The notes: generated by a model from the letters alone, not told the origin. Shown: positions 37,379 to 51,003, counted from the whole stretch's first letter. The stretch: DNA of 63,641 nt, filler included, from Octopus bimaculoides (GCF_001194135.2; 7 parts of 6 records of this genome joined end to end with filler, not necessarily neighbours in it), one strand, 5' to 3'. Numbers and translations: made by a program.

Positions 37379-38372
37379 ATGTATGTATGTATGTATGTAT
37401 GTATGTATGTATGTATGTATGTATGTATGTTCATGGAACTGTAAACTATACANNNNNNNNNNNNNNNNNNNNNNNNNNNNNNNNNNNNNNNNNNNNNNNN
37501 NNNNNNNNNNNNNNNNNNNNNNNNNNNNNNNNNNNNNNNNNNNNNNNNNNNNNNNNNNNNNNNNNNNNNNNNNNNNNNNNNNNNNNNNNNNNNNNNNNNN
37601 NNNNNNNNNNNNNNNNNNNNNNNNNNNNNNNNNNNNNNNNNNNNNNNNNNNNNNNNNNNNNNNNNNNNNNNNNNNNNNNNNNNNNNNNNNNNNNNNNNNN
37701 NNNNNNNNNNNNNNNNNNNNNNNNNNNNNNNNNNNNNNNNNNNNNNNNNNNNNNNNNNNNNNNNNNNNNNNNNNNNNNNNNNNNNNNNNNNNNNNNNNNN
37801 NNNNNNNNNNNNNNNNNNNNNNNNNNNNNNNNNNNNNNNNNNNNNNNNNNNNNNNNNNNNNNNNNNNNNNNNNNNNNNNNNNNNNNNNNNNNNNNNNNNN
37901 NNNNNNNNNNNNNNNNNNNNNNNNNNNNNNNNNNNNNNNNNNNNNNNNNNNNNNNNNNNNNNNNNNNNNNNNNNNNNNNNNNNNNNNNNNNNNNNNNNNN
38001 NNNNNNNNNNNNNNNNNNNNNNNNNNNNNNNNNNNNNNNNNNNNNNNNNNNNNNNNNNNNNNNNNNNNNNNNNNNNNNNNNNNNNNNNNNNNNNNNNNNN
38101 NNNNNNNNNNNNNNNNNNNNNNNNNNNNNNNNNNNNNNNNNNNNNNNNNNNNNNNNNNNNNNNNNNNNNNNNNNNNNNNNNNNNNNNNNNNNNNNNNNNN
38201 NNNNNNNNNNNNNNNNNNNNNNNNNNNNNNNNNNNNNNNNNNNNNNNNNNNNNNNNNNNNNNNNNNNNNNNNNNNNNNNNNNNNNNNNNNNNNNNNNNNN
38301 NNNNNNNNNNNNNNNNNNNNNNNNNNNNNNNNNNNNNNNNNNNNNNNNNNNNNNNNNNNNNNNNNNNNNNNN

Positions 38373-38436
<64 letters not shown>

Positions 38437-38536
38437 GGAAAGAGGGAAAGAGGGAAAGAGAGAGTGAGTGAATTGGTGACAAAGTTTACCTAAACTTTGA
38501 ACGGTGTAACACTATATCATAATTATATATATCATT

Positions 38537-38830
38537 ATATATCATCATCATCATCATCATCATCATCATTATCATCATTATTTAACGTCAGCTTTCCATG
38601 CTGGTATGGGTCGGACGGTTTGACTGAGGACTGGCTAGCCAGGAGGCTGCAATCAGACTCCAGTCTGTTCTTGCAAGGTTTCTACAACTGGATGCCCTTC
38701 CTAACACCAACCACTCCGGGAGTGTAATGGGTGCTTTTCAAGTGCCACTGGCACGGGGGCCAGTCAGATGGCACTGGCATCGATCACGCTCGAATGGTGC
38801 TTTTTACGTGCCGCCGGCACTGGCATCGGT
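38537..38830 (-). mobile_element. 3' end of a (GAT)n-tailed retroposon (RTE-related SINE or LINE tail)
   Basis: (ATC)n followed by TTTAACGTC.GCTTTCCA..CT.G.ATGGGT.G.ACG.TTTGACTGAGGACTGGC. A second copy lies at 62516-62644. Assignment to RTE is inference. Confidence 0.7.
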
Positions 38831-40204
38831 AGGTAAAAGGTATTTTGTTTTAATATCATACTTTTACTTCGTTTCACACACATGCAAAAACTCTAACGTG
38901 TTTTTTGTAGATGACTTTATTGTTCGTTATGTCTCCACAGATTTCGTCACCACTAAATTCTATAACCTCTGCATTTTTACTTATTCATTTCAAACTTCTT
39001 TGAATTTTCAATCTAATGTAATCCACACTCTCTCGAAAACGTATTTCAGCAAAATGTTATCTAAAATTATGGGTACAGAAAGAAATAGCAAAAATATTTG
39101 AAAATAGGGATAGGGGTGAAATTTCCGAGGGTTCCACCCCACCCCGTTTTCCGGATCGAAAAAAGGGTTTTGTAGCACATTAGGAGGTCATCGGAATTCA
39201 TTCAACAACAACAAAAAAAAAGAAAATTTCCAATGATTCCGGGATATGGGGAGGGGGTCCTGTTTCCCTTCCTTTTTCTGAACAAAAATAAGGGGTTTGC
39301 AGCATATTANNNNNNNNNNNNNNNNNNNNNNNNNNNNNNNNNNNNNNNNNNNNNNNNNNNNNNNNNNNNNNNNNNNNNNNNNNNNNNNNNNNNNNNNNNN
39401 NNNNNNNNNNNNNNNNNNNNNNNNNNNNNNNNNNNNNNNNNNNNNNNNNNNNNNNNNNNNNNNNNNNNNNNNNNNNNNNNNNNNNNNNNNNNNNNNNNNN
39501 NNNNNNNNNNNNNNNNNNNNNNNNNNNNNNNNNNNNNNNNNNNNNNNNNNNNNNNNNNNNNNNNNNNNNNNNNNNNNNNNNNNNNNNNNNNNNNNNNNNN
39601 NNNNNNNNNNNNNNNNNNNNNNNNNNNNNNNNNNNNNNNNNNNNNNNNNNNNNNNNNNNNNNNNNNNNNNNNNNNNNNNNNNNNNNNNNNNNNNNNNNNN
39701 NNNNNNNNNNNNNNNNNNNNNNNNNNNNNNNNNNNNNNNNNNNNNNNNNNNNNNNNNNNNNNNNNNNNNNNNNNNNNNNNNNNNNNNNNNNNNNNNNNNN
39801 NNNNNNNNNNNNNNNNNNNNNNNNNNNNNNNNNNNNNNNNNNNNNNNNNNNNNNNNNNNNNNNNNNNNNNNNNNNNNNNNNNNNNNNNNNNNNNNNNNNN
39901 NNNNNNNNNNNNNNNNNNNNNNNNNNNNNNNNNNNNNNNNNNNNNNNNNNNNNNNNNNNNNNNNNNNNNNNNNNNNNNNNNNNNNNNNNNNNNNNNNNNN
40001 NNNNNNNNNNGATCTCTATTTTGTTAGAGTGAATATATAGATAGATAGATAGATAGATAGATAGACATGTAGATAGATTGATAGATATAAGGTAAGTCAG
40101 GAGGTACGAGATGAATATAATTGTTTCATCAGTTGATAATCATAGGATGACGGCTGTTTATTGTACATTATATGTGTGTGTGTGTGTTTATATATCTCTC
40201 AATT

Positions 40205-40296
<92 letters not shown>

Positions 40297-41188
40297 GTAT
40301 GTATACATATATATGTGTGTGTTTGTGTGTTTGTGTGTTTGCATGTGTGTATGTATATATGTATATGCACACAAGCATACGGCAAACACGCGAACACATA
40401 CGCACACACGTACACATACACGCACAAAAGCCCTGATGATTTCGTATATATAAATATGAAAACATGTTTTTGATCGAGCTTCTCTTATTTCCAGGTAGAA
40501 CTCAATATCTGCTATTTACTCAATTATTTTCATTGCAATAACTTCCATATGATCGTCTCTATATGTACATCATTAAGAAAATCACTCATTCCCCCACCAA
40601 AATATATATGATTAATTAAAGTTTCTTTTTTTTTTTTTTGCAGAAGGAAACCATAATGTAATTACCAAATTTATTAATTTTTGCTGTTAATGCAATTCTA
40701 TGACGAAGTAATTAAAATTAAATTGAACAAATTTCTAATAAAAGATACTTAAAAATATCAATGGTTTCTAATTACTCATAAATTTGTTTAAATTTACCAA
40801 CAATGTCAGCTTGCTTTCTCCACATTTTTGTAATGATAACATTAATCACAGCATAATTGCTATCGCATGCTTTTATAATTCTTTAAAATACAATATATTT
40901 AGCAAAAGGGAATTTATCGTCATCCAAGGGCGCACTTTTTCAAGATCTAGTAGTTTCATATCAAAAGAAAATAACGTTTCCGTTATAATTCGAGGCAGAG
41001 TATCAGATGGCCAGCTTCTTATCTCACGTTGACCACACACTTTGGGCCAAATTTTTATTTATGCATGTATATATTAATTGTAGTTCATTTATATATTTAT
41101 TTACTTATTTATTTATTTACTTTGATACTTTTATTTATTTATACTTTTATTTGTTTAATTACTTTTGCCGTCATTTACGAAGCTGTGA

Positions 41189-41249
<61 letters not shown>

Positions 41250-41252
<3 letters not shown>

Positions 41253-42088
41253 TTGTTGTTGGCACTCCGTCGCTTACCTCGAGGGTTCCAGTTGATCCGA
41301 TCAATGGAACAACCTGCTCGTGAAATTAACGTGCAAGTGGCTGAGCACTCCACAGACATGTGTGCCCTTAACGTAGTTCTCGGGGATATTCAGCGTGACA
41401 CAGTGTGACAAGGCTGACCCTTTGAATTACAGGCACAACAGAAACAGGAAGTAAGAGTGAGAGAAAGTTGTGGTGAAAGAGTACAGCAGGGCTCGCCACC
41501 ATCCCCTGCCGGAGCGTCGTGGAGCTTTAGGTGTTTTTGCTCAATAAANNNNNNNNNNNNNNNNNNNNNNNNNNNNNNNNNNNNNNNNNNNNNNNNNNNN
41601 NNNNNNNNNNNNNNNNNNNNNNNNNNNNNNNNNNNNNNNNNNNNNNNNNNNNNNNNNNNNNNNNNNNNNNNNNNNNNNNNNNNNNNNNNNNNNNNNNNNN
41701 NNNNNNNNNNNNNNNNNNNNNNNNNNNNNNNNNNNNNNNNNNNNNNNNNNNNNNNNNNNNNNNNNNNNNNNNNNNNNNNNNNNNNNNNNNNNNNNNNNNN
41801 NNNNNNNNNNNNNNNNNNNNNNNNNNNNNNNNNNNNNNNNNNNNNNNNNNNNNNNNNNNNNNNNNNNNNNNNNNNNNNNNNNNNNNNNNNNNNNNNNNNN
41901 NNNNNNNNNNNNNNNNNNNNNNNNNNNNNNNNNNNNNNNNNNNNNNNNNNNNNNNNNNNNNNNNNNNNNNNNNNNNNNNNNNNNNNNNNNNNNNNNNNNN
42001 NNNNNNNNNNNNNNNNNNNNNNNNNNNNNNNNNNNAATACCACTAAGCATTTCGCCTGGCATGCTAACAATTCTGCCAAGCTCGCCAC
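41250..42088 (-). mobile_element. SINE with family A head (42037-42088) and a longer body (41250-41548) across a gap
   Basis: 42037-42088 matches the family A head (CTAAGCATTTCGCC.GGC.TGCTAAC.ATTCTGCCA.GCTCGCC). 41250-41548 is GC-richer repeat-like sequence with an (AAC)/(ATT) tail. Linkage across the gap is inferred. Confidence 0.55.
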
Positions 42089-42119
42089 CTTGAATAATAG
42101 TAATAATAAAAATAATTGT

Positions 42120-42124
42120 TGTTG

Positions 42125-42195
<71 letters not shown>

Positions 42196-42730
42196 GAGTG
42201 AGAGAGCAGTGCATGCCATCAAAGTGATACTGGGGTAAAATATACGAAGCCCAGTATATCCATCATGACTACCCGTCTGATAAGGGTACGCCAGGCACAT
42301 GCATCACAACCATACGTGTGCTGCATGGTGATCGCAATCAAGATATACAGCACATGACCTTGCAGTTAGTTTTCTTCAGGTTGAATAGCCCATTCCACTC
42401 AAAAGGTCTCTAAATAAAGGCTGTTTAAGGATGTTGAACAAAACACACATGTTTCCAGAGGTGAATTATTCACACCCCAAATAATTCCTCTTGACAGCTG
42501 GCTATGATGCTTCCCCACTACTTCTGCTCGTGATCAGAGATGCACATATTTTCAGATACCAAGGGACATGCTCAACTGGTTAAGGTCAAACAATCAACAA
42601 GCGAATCTGTGGCATTAAGCAAAATATTTGCTGTAGCCCATCTTTTATACCAAGACAAAACAAAGTACACGATGACACTAGCAATCAGTTAAGATCAGAG
42701 ACCACGAAAGCCAATGTCTGGTGCTGCTAT
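42120..42730 (-). mobile_element. Probable 3' region of an (AAT)n-tailed retroposon, unclassified
   Basis: About 540 bp of GC-richer sequence ending on the minus strand in CTCTCTCACTC-(AAT)n. No diagnostic protein motif was recognised. Confidence 0.4.
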
Positions 42731-42736
42731 TATTAT

Positions 42737-42862
42737 TTGAGGTCGACTTTCCCTTTATCCTTTCGGGGTCGATGAATTAAGTACCAGTGAAACACTGGGA
42801 TCGATGTAATCAACTCATCCCCTCCCCTAAAATTGCTGCCCTTGTGGGAAAATTTGAAACTA
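42737..42862 (+). mobile_element. SINE family A, 3' half
   Basis: GAGGTCGACTTT.CCTTT.ATCCTTTCGGGGTCGAT.AATTAAGTACCAGT, the reverse complement of 31540-31600. Confidence 0.85.
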
Positions 42863-43015
42863 GTACAGTCAATTGACTGAGTTGCTTTGGGGGGGGGGGA
42901 GAAATACTTAACGATACGTTCAAATTTAAATTACAGACAGAGTGTATATATTTGCATTAAGATGAGTTCAAATATTTTTGGGACATATTTGACTATTACA
43001 AAGGTTGTATTTACT

Positions 43016-43403
43016 GTTGAGAAGAAACTTTGCTTTAGGCAATAGGCGTAGCACCAACAGTCATTTGATGGCGCTCTCTGGCGGAAGCAGTGAATGCATT
43101 TCAAGCTTTTTCGCTATATCAGCACTGTGTACTGCAGGGTTGTCTTTCTTGTTCGCCTACTCACAACACTGCCTTCGAATTCCTGCAACAATAATTTGCT
43201 CTAGTCGAGGTCGGCGTCGCACATATTCAGAATATTCTTTGATACTAATTTACTGTAAGGAAACAATGGTTTCCAAAATCATTACAGGGTTGTCCTTCTT
43301 GCGATGCTAGAAATGCATTCACTGCTTTCGCCAGAGGGCTCCTTGAAATGATTGTTGGTGTTTTTTTTATTACCTATTGCCCAAAGCTAGAATTCTTTTC
43401 AAC
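43016..43403. mobile_element. Foldback / MITE-like element with ~90-bp imperfect inverted arms
   Basis: 43016-43106 is the reverse complement of 43306-43403, roughly 75-80% identical by eye. No clear target-site duplication. Confidence 0.75.
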
Positions 43404-46400
43404 GACAAACAGCTGTGAATACGACCTTCGTACCGGTCACCTATATCCCAAACGCTAAACAAATCTAAATGTTTGTTTACTCGCAACACTGCTTTCGCGT
43501 GCCAGCTACAAAGTATATTTTTAACTATTCTGGTTATTAGCTTGCGTTTGCACATCCTGTAGAATAATGGAAACAACTTCTAAGCAAACTAGCTTTAATT
43601 CTCAGTTGCGTCAGCAAAAGATTTTGAACAAAAAGCAAGTTCTGCATCTGTTTTTTTTTAATGGTGTAAAGATAACCGCAGATTTTCTAAAAGTTTGTAA
43701 AAAATGCATGAAATATTTTGGAGACCATAACGTTCACGCTATCATTTCCGATTACTTTAACAGTTACTCAACAGTCATTGTTATCTGAAAATAAAATTGC
43801 TGCTTGAATATTTCACAAATTCAGTTTTGAATATTTTCATATTTGAATATTTAATGTTTTGATAATTGTTATATTTCATAGCTGGGTAAATACGCCCCAC
43901 TGAAAACGAAACTTTTTGAGAAAAACATTAGTATTATTTTTATAATTCTTATATTTTTACAAGATGTGAAGTTATAAACAGAAGAATATTTGCAATACAT
44001 TCCATAATCGCAAAATAATTTTTCCAAATTTCTTTCTGAAAGAATTTATATATATATTGTATGAACAACTCGTAAAAAAAAAAAAAAAATGGTCTGCAAC
44101 GAAAATCATTTCTCTTCTCTTTCCACAAACCCACTTCTGTATTGTGATTGAAGCTATCTTTATTCTTTACACAACGAAATTCTCACGACTTCAGATCCCT
44201 AAGCTGTTTTATATGCAGTTATTCAGATTCTGAGAAAACAAAGATTGTCTGCAACCAATGCAGTCACCCATAAGTTGCAATACTTGCAAGATGGATATCA
44301 AAGAATTACCTTAATTCATCACGTGATTTGTAAGATATCTGATTTTTAAAATAACCGCCGGTCCTTCCAATCCCTTGCCATTACGATCAGTACTATGTTT
44401 GTAGAATTCTTTCACCCGGTACTCTCTATATAGGATAAAACGTTATGCAGTATCTTTTGCGAATAATGACATCACAATTTCTACCTAGTCTGTTTACAGT
44501 AACACCATGTAAAATGCAAAACACGCGCATATATCTACATACTCAGTCACACACATACACAAAGATACACATTGCATATACCTATTTTGCGATTGCTTGC
44601 TTCCTGATTTCAAGACAATGAACGAACCTGTCCACAGGCGTATGACCTATCAAAATTGCAACAAAATATTCAAATTATACAATGCCTTTTTAGAATAGAA
44701 GAATATAGCGGATAAATTAACTTAAAAATGGCCAAAAAGAAAACCGATTGTTCTGTATTTGATTGCATATCTTTAAGTAATTCTGAAGGAAGGTATTACA
44801 TAAATTGTTTATGATTTCAGTGTCTAGCTACTCAGGCTTAGATAACATCAATTGCCTCATTGCAATCTATGACAGAAGCAAGTATTCATTCACACCGTCT
44901 TTACTTCAATTTGTAACTGTCGGAACACTATCAACTGCTCACTGGGAAGATCTTGCCTCACAGAGGCTGAGGTTTACATAGCCACTCTCAAATCATGCGA
45001 TAGCTTCACGAGATAATACATAGACTTAACAGTCAGTGAATGTAAGGGATAGTTAACACAGCATATGCACTCCTTCACATGTAGGAAAGAGGGTAAACTC
45101 TGCCGCTGTTTCGCTTAATCTAGAGACTTTTGGATTGTGAAAACAAATTCCCCAACATCACTGAAGCACCTTTGACAGGGCCCTTCCTTACTTGTAATTC
45201 AAGACTATTAACTCTGCTCACGCGAGAAATTGCACATACTCCCATTAACCTGCAGCATCCATCAATAGCAACACCGACTTATTTTATTGCCGTCACAAGA
45301 GATATACCCTGTCAAGCCAGCGGTCGCTGATAACTAGGAAATACTTCCCTAGGTCTGGCTAACACACGCACAATGGAAGAGTATATGGTCCTTAATGTCT
45401 GGAGAAAGATTACGAGCTTCAATAATTCGGTAGCCGTATTTGCTATGCAGACTCATGTAAACTGATATCATTAAACAAGCTACCTCTCTAAAAACAGGTC
45501 ACACACCCAACGAAAAGAATGCCAACTAATTAACGTGAAGCAAGTAGTGAAAGAATTGATGTCGCTAAAAAAGAATTGATGTCGCTAAAATGTCACACTC
45601 TATACTATGCCGAGTACTGTCTACTCTACCTTGCGGAGAATGTCATGAAAGAATTGATACTGCTAAGATAATAAAAATACTCATGCGACTTGAAATGAAC
45701 AACGAAGGCATAAAAAACACTCAAGAAAGCATTTCAAGTTTCTTTTAAATTCTGTTTATTTTAACTCCGAACATCTGATGATGTAGGCGTGTTCTCTGCG
45801 CCCTCGAAACTTTATTTCATATAGAGATAAGTCAAGCTGTTATTAAGTAATATTGTGTGCTTTTCTCTTTCGTTTGTTCACACGCGCGCGCGCGCACTCG
45901 CACACACACTCGCACACTCGCACACACGCATGATGAGAGAGGCGACCGCCCAGTGGATGGTTTTTCAGCTTGAATTTACAAGAACATTAACCAATATACA
46001 CTTGGGTGGTTTGCGAATTTCTGAATGTTGATAGTCTCAACGTAATATTTCAAGTATAAAGTAAAATTGAAACGACTTGGCCTTTGGCAAAACCAAACAA
46101 CCATAAAATAATGGTCAGTGAAGCTGACTTCATTCCTTCATAAATGACAGTTCCAGTCACCTGATAATATCTAAATTTAAAACAAAAATGTTACTGGTTA
46201 GTCTTTAATTATTAATTAGTATGGTGGTGATGAAGTACTTGATATAATAGAAACGGTCAAATTATATTTTTATGATATTCTCTTTGTTGTTTTAACTTAT
46301 TCGAGTGTTGCAGTTCTTTTACGCATCAACATATACACATACAAGCATACACCCATCCCCCACACATACATACACATATACACATATACATACATATATC

Positions 46401-47058
46401 CACACGTATTGATCAGTGTATTATTTATCTGTTCAATATATAAAAGTGAATGTATGTATGTTCCAAGTGAATGTATGTGGTGCAGAGTAGGTCCACATTG
46501 TCAGATGCTTAGAGTCACAACAGAGAGAATTTAAAAGGAATTTAAAATGCCTTCTAGTTGAGTGTATGCATGTTCCATGCATGCGTGTATATATGACTAT
46601 GTCTATTGTTCCAATTTGAAGACCTCACTTTTGAACGTCGGGAGATTAAATCTCGTATAAAAGTATATCTTTGCAATGCGAAGGACACAGGTTATGTAAC
46701 TTTTTCAGATTTTCTCTACAAACTCAGACAAGGTCGGGTACTGCTGCTTGTAACCCCCCACGTACACACACACAGATCTGTGTGTATATAACAAATGAGA
46801 GAAAGAGAAAATGAAATTCACGAGAATTTTTGTTAATAACAACAATCGTTTCGACCCATCTTGTATCGTTCCCTCGCGACTGAGATTCTGGGCAATTGGT
46901 TGTGGTGCATCCTTTAATGCAGATGTGTCTCGTCAGGTGACTTTTCAAAAGGTACCTTGCTCAATAAACTCGGTTTCGCTTAGTTCCATTATAATGCAAT
47001 TTATTTGCCTGAGGCTGATTGCATACAAAGTTTCGTGGTTTGGAATGACATCTGCATG

Positions 47059-47102
<44 letters not shown>

Positions 47103-47173
47103 ATATATCACACACGCATGTAGACAAACATACATACATACATGCATACATGCAGGCATAGAGACAGACAGAC

Positions 47174-47232
<59 letters not shown>

Positions 47233-48830
47233 ATACGATTGGAGGCCCAGTTTGTTGAAGACGATGTATTTGTTTTTCGGTGCATTGCAGGACAGCCGAA
47301 ACTACTGGAATTTCATGCACGACTGATTTAGAAGAACGGAAGTGTTTTCCTATGACCATTGATAACGGTACCCACATACTCGCACATACACCTCATATGC
47401 ATTTTCTCATGCACATTCATACACATACATTTACTCACAAATACACGCTCACACACACACACATATTACCTCGCACATAAAATGCTTATATTAAAATAGT
47501 AATTTCAAAAATAGTAGTTCATCAATTTGTTTAATTGACCAAATCAGTCTTTCTCATTATTTATGCATATATTCATACATTTATATTCACACGCATACCT
47601 ATGCAGACGATATTTACACGCATACACACATCAATTCCTAATCTATCAAGTTTATCCCATTATCAATGTTTGGAATTAAGATATACGATACTATAATCAA
47701 GACTACATTTTATGTGACTGGAAGCAACATGCTAAACGTGAGGGATAAGATATAATCAAATAAAGGAACCATAAAGTCAGAAATAAACTAAGTAAGGGGG
47801 CTACATGTTAGAGTAAACCAGTAGTAGTATTAGTGCATTACAGTTCACGCTAAAAGTTTAAATGGTAACTTTGCAGACATCGTAAAACTAATTAACGAGA
47901 AAAATATACACACAATTAGTTCATAGATTAAATACATACATTGGTTATACTAATCATTACTATCTCTTTGAGGTAATGCTGAAGTGCCAATCCATTCCGA
48001 ACTAAACAAGGTAGAATACAGAAAGATGACAAAATAGTTATACTAATCAAAGAGAGCAAACCTACAAGGGTTGACTAATAATAGTAATACTGATAGTGCA
48101 TTTAGATTAAATCTAATAAGCTAATTATTAGTACTATGTAGGAAGATCATAAAGTTTAAGTTTGGCCATCATATTATTATATTCTCTTGTTGGTTAATGA
48201 TATTTGATCTACGCTTAATAGTTTTATTCTTTTCAGATATATACAGATTGCATATATCATTATTAACTCAATACCATTGTGCTTTGCATATAAAAGGTCT
48301 TTCAATTTCATACTAAATCTCTGTATCATCAAGTATCTAATCGTAAACTTGCTAAAGATGCAAAATTAGCTTTACTCTTACTCCTAAAACTGCATGATTA
48401 TAATATCTACATTTAAAATTATTTGAGGTGGCCCCAATTTATACACTGACATTTCCAAGAGCGCGCACAGAATATTTGTATAGAATATTCTGCTAAGACA
48501 ATAACGATAAAGTGGACACAAGGATCTATTTCTACAATTGCAGAGTTCATTTATTCATTTATTGCCGTTTACTGTAGTATTAAGATTTGTGTTATTATCC
48601 TAGGTATTTATGCTGCTATTTAGATTGTTAATTCTTGAGGTTATGCAATCAGAGAATAAATTGTTTCATTTTCTATTATCGAATCAGGTTTTGTAGGCAA
48701 CATTAGCTATTGTGGAGTAGGCCAGCTTCACAAAATGCTTGTTAAATATTTTCCGGTACGGGCTAGATTCATTGTTTTAGTTGAATATTTCTTCATTAGC
48801 TTGAAAGCGCGCGTGTACACACACACACAC

Positions 48831-48864
<34 letters not shown>

Positions 48865-48940
48865 CACACCACACCACACACACACGCAAATGGTTGTGTG
48901 TGTGGGTGAGATAGGTATGTACGTTTCTATGTGTTCAGGG

Positions 48941-49150
48941 TACGAGGGTTATTTGAAGACACTTAATTATCAGTATATTACCCTCTTCAAACCAATTAAA
49001 AGGTTTTTGTTTGTTTCCTCGAATCAGCTTTCTCCCTTCTAGTTTTGAGAAGCCTAATTTCTCAAGACTGGTATTTAGGCAGTGAGTTACATATCGCAGT
49101 GCCCCCAAAATTTCAGGTATAAACGTGGACATGTAATCTGGATGGAGTAG
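48941..49150 (-). mobile_element. Possible mariner 3' terminus relic
   Basis: Begins TA-CGAGGG, a common mariner TIR start. The minus strand reads ..WFEEGNIL just inside it, resembling the mariner C-terminal KCxxxxGxY(F/V)E motif. Weak. Confidence 0.3.
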
Positions 49151-49812
49151 TTGTAGATTCCTCAATAGCCTATGTATGTATGTATGTATGTAGCAAAGTG
49201 AACGAAGCAAAAATGAAAATGGCAATGAAAGAAATATTTTCGAAGTGACAGAAACCCCTATGTTCAAAACATGGGAATCAAATGACTTTATTCTTCTGTA
49301 CACTCTTTCATTCATTAAACTATGGCCACACTGGTGCATCACACTTGAAGAGTTTATTTGAACAAATTAATATCTGTACTTGTGGCAAGGCAGGTGTTGC
49401 GCTGAATCGCTTGCTGAATTACGAGGTCATAAACAGGTTAGCACCGTTGACCATATATATATATATATATATAATACATACATACATACATAACTACACA
49501 CTTGCTGTTGGTGATTTCTTTTCCTTCTTCGGACTTTTCCCTTTCTCCTTTCCGACTAAGAACTATGCTCGAAACGTCAAAAAAATCTCTTTTTACTGAG
49601 CGTTAAATTAATATTTTCCTTGTGTACGTCCTCTTGTTGTTTGTTATTGTTAATTTTATTGTTCGTTTATTTGAATTGACTATTTACCGCACACTCACAC
49701 TGACCCTCTGCGTCATTCCAACAGATTTGGAGTACCTGATTCATGGATTTTTTTACTCTACTTTTGGGTTACGTTACCTCTAAATTATATCGGAGTACGT
49801 CGTTTCTGCACA

Positions 49813-49854
<42 letters not shown>

Positions 49855-49855
<1 letters not shown>

Positions 49856-50016
49856 ATGACAGGCTTCCACATAATTTCTGCGTACTAAATTTAATTACAA
49901 GACATCGGTCGGTCTAGAGCCACAGTAGAAGTCACATCCTCAAGGTGCAGCGCAGTGAGAATTAACCTGAAAGCATGTGTTTACAAAGAGAACTTCTTAA
50001 CAACACAACCAGCATG
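49855..50016 (-). mobile_element. SINE family B, decayed 5' half
   Basis: Aligns with 27525-27665 (…GGTCGGTCTAGAGCCACAGTAGAAG.CAC.T..CAAGGTGC.GCGCAGTG.GA.T.AACC). Confidence 0.7.
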
Positions 50017-50314
50017 ACTAAACTGTTTTGAAGCAATTACATATTTGTTATGTAATTCAGGAAAGCCAAGTCAAATTTGATTTTACTTTTCCCATTATTA
50101 GACGTCACAATTTCAATAACGCTGCTTTCATTCACTTTTACATAGAACTAAGTAGGGTTTTGGGAGAGATTTCACTTCTATTTCTTCAAAGTTTAACAAC
50201 TACGTATTTCCTCCAATGGTGGCATACACACCCACACATACATGCATACATACATACATACATACATACATACATGCATACATACATACGTAGGTACGGC
50301 CATATAAGACAGTA

Positions 50315-50432
50315 AGATGAGGAATGAAGTGCCTCGTTCAAGGGCACAAGGTGGTACCCTGGCCAAGAATCGAACCTACGACCTTATGATGGAGATATTA
50401 ATGCTCTAACCACTAGGCCACACACTTTCACT
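50315..50432 (-). mobile_element. tRNA-derived SINE family C head
   Basis: Minus strand GTGAAAGTGTGTGGCCTAGTGGTTAG...GTCGTAGGTTCGATTC has Pol III A-box (TGGCCTAGTGG) and B-box (GGTTCGATTC). Homologous to 55961-56087. Confidence 0.8.
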
Positions 50433-50470
50433 ATATATATTATACATGTATGTGTGTATGTTACGTGTTT

Positions 50471-50510
<40 letters not shown>

Positions 50511-50940
50511 NNNNNNNNNNNNNNNNNNNNNNNNNNNNNNNNNNNNNNNNNNNNTTAATTAATTAANNNNNNNNNNNNNNNNNNNNNNNNNNNNNNNNNN
50601 NNNNNNNNNNAATATTTTTCTACCAAATTCAAAAAAGGAAACATTTTCCACTCGAACATAATTGCCAGAAAATTTTCTTCAACACAAGAATTATCACCAA
50701 TACACAATCTAATATAGCAAACTTCTATATACAACAAATTAAGGATTCTTGTTAAATTGTGAGACATGACCTAACAAATAGAGCATCACGTATACCTTTT
50801 AACAGAAAAAGAATTATTTATACTAATTTTCCTTTGAATTCCAATATTTTGGCAAAGTCTATAATGTAATAATACAGAGTACAAACTATAAACTCCAGCA
50901 GAGCATAAGCTGACCTTACCACCAATCATTTCATCTTTAG

Positions 50941-51003
50941 ATTATATCAACAGGGTCATTCGTTTCGAAAATTTATCATCTGCACTTCTACTTCACTTGC
51001 CAG
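50941..51003 (+). CDS. Candidate 63-nt exon, phase 1-1 reading (D)YINRVIRFENLSSALLLHLP; protein unidentified
   Basis: Branch-point-like CTGAC at 50910-50914, acceptor caatcatttcatctttag|, donor CAG|GTAGAG. Length is a multiple of 3 and all three frames are open. Confidence 0.35.

Noticed and set aside
38840-40050. Possible larger Helitron-like non-autonomous element spanning the gap
   Set aside because: No CTAG or hairpin terminus was found and most of the interval is N.
40433-40470. CTGATGA...GAAA-ACATGT hammerhead-like spacing
   Set aside because: Stem II is weak and AT-only, the cleavage triplet would be UUU, and there is no adjacent stem I complement. The similar CTGATGA at ~58798 has no GAAA box.
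44184-44231. Minus-strand acceptor/donor pair (tttgttttctcag ... GTGAGA)
   Set aside because: All three frames hit a stop within the segment.
44850-45540. GC-richer block with WKSIWSLMSGERLR, vaguely like the LINE zf-RVT motif
   Set aside because: One loose motif is not enough to call an element.
47235-47380. VIGKHFRSSKSVVHEI, resembling a transposase helix-turn-helix
   Set aside because: It is a short single motif with no catalytic region or termini nearby.
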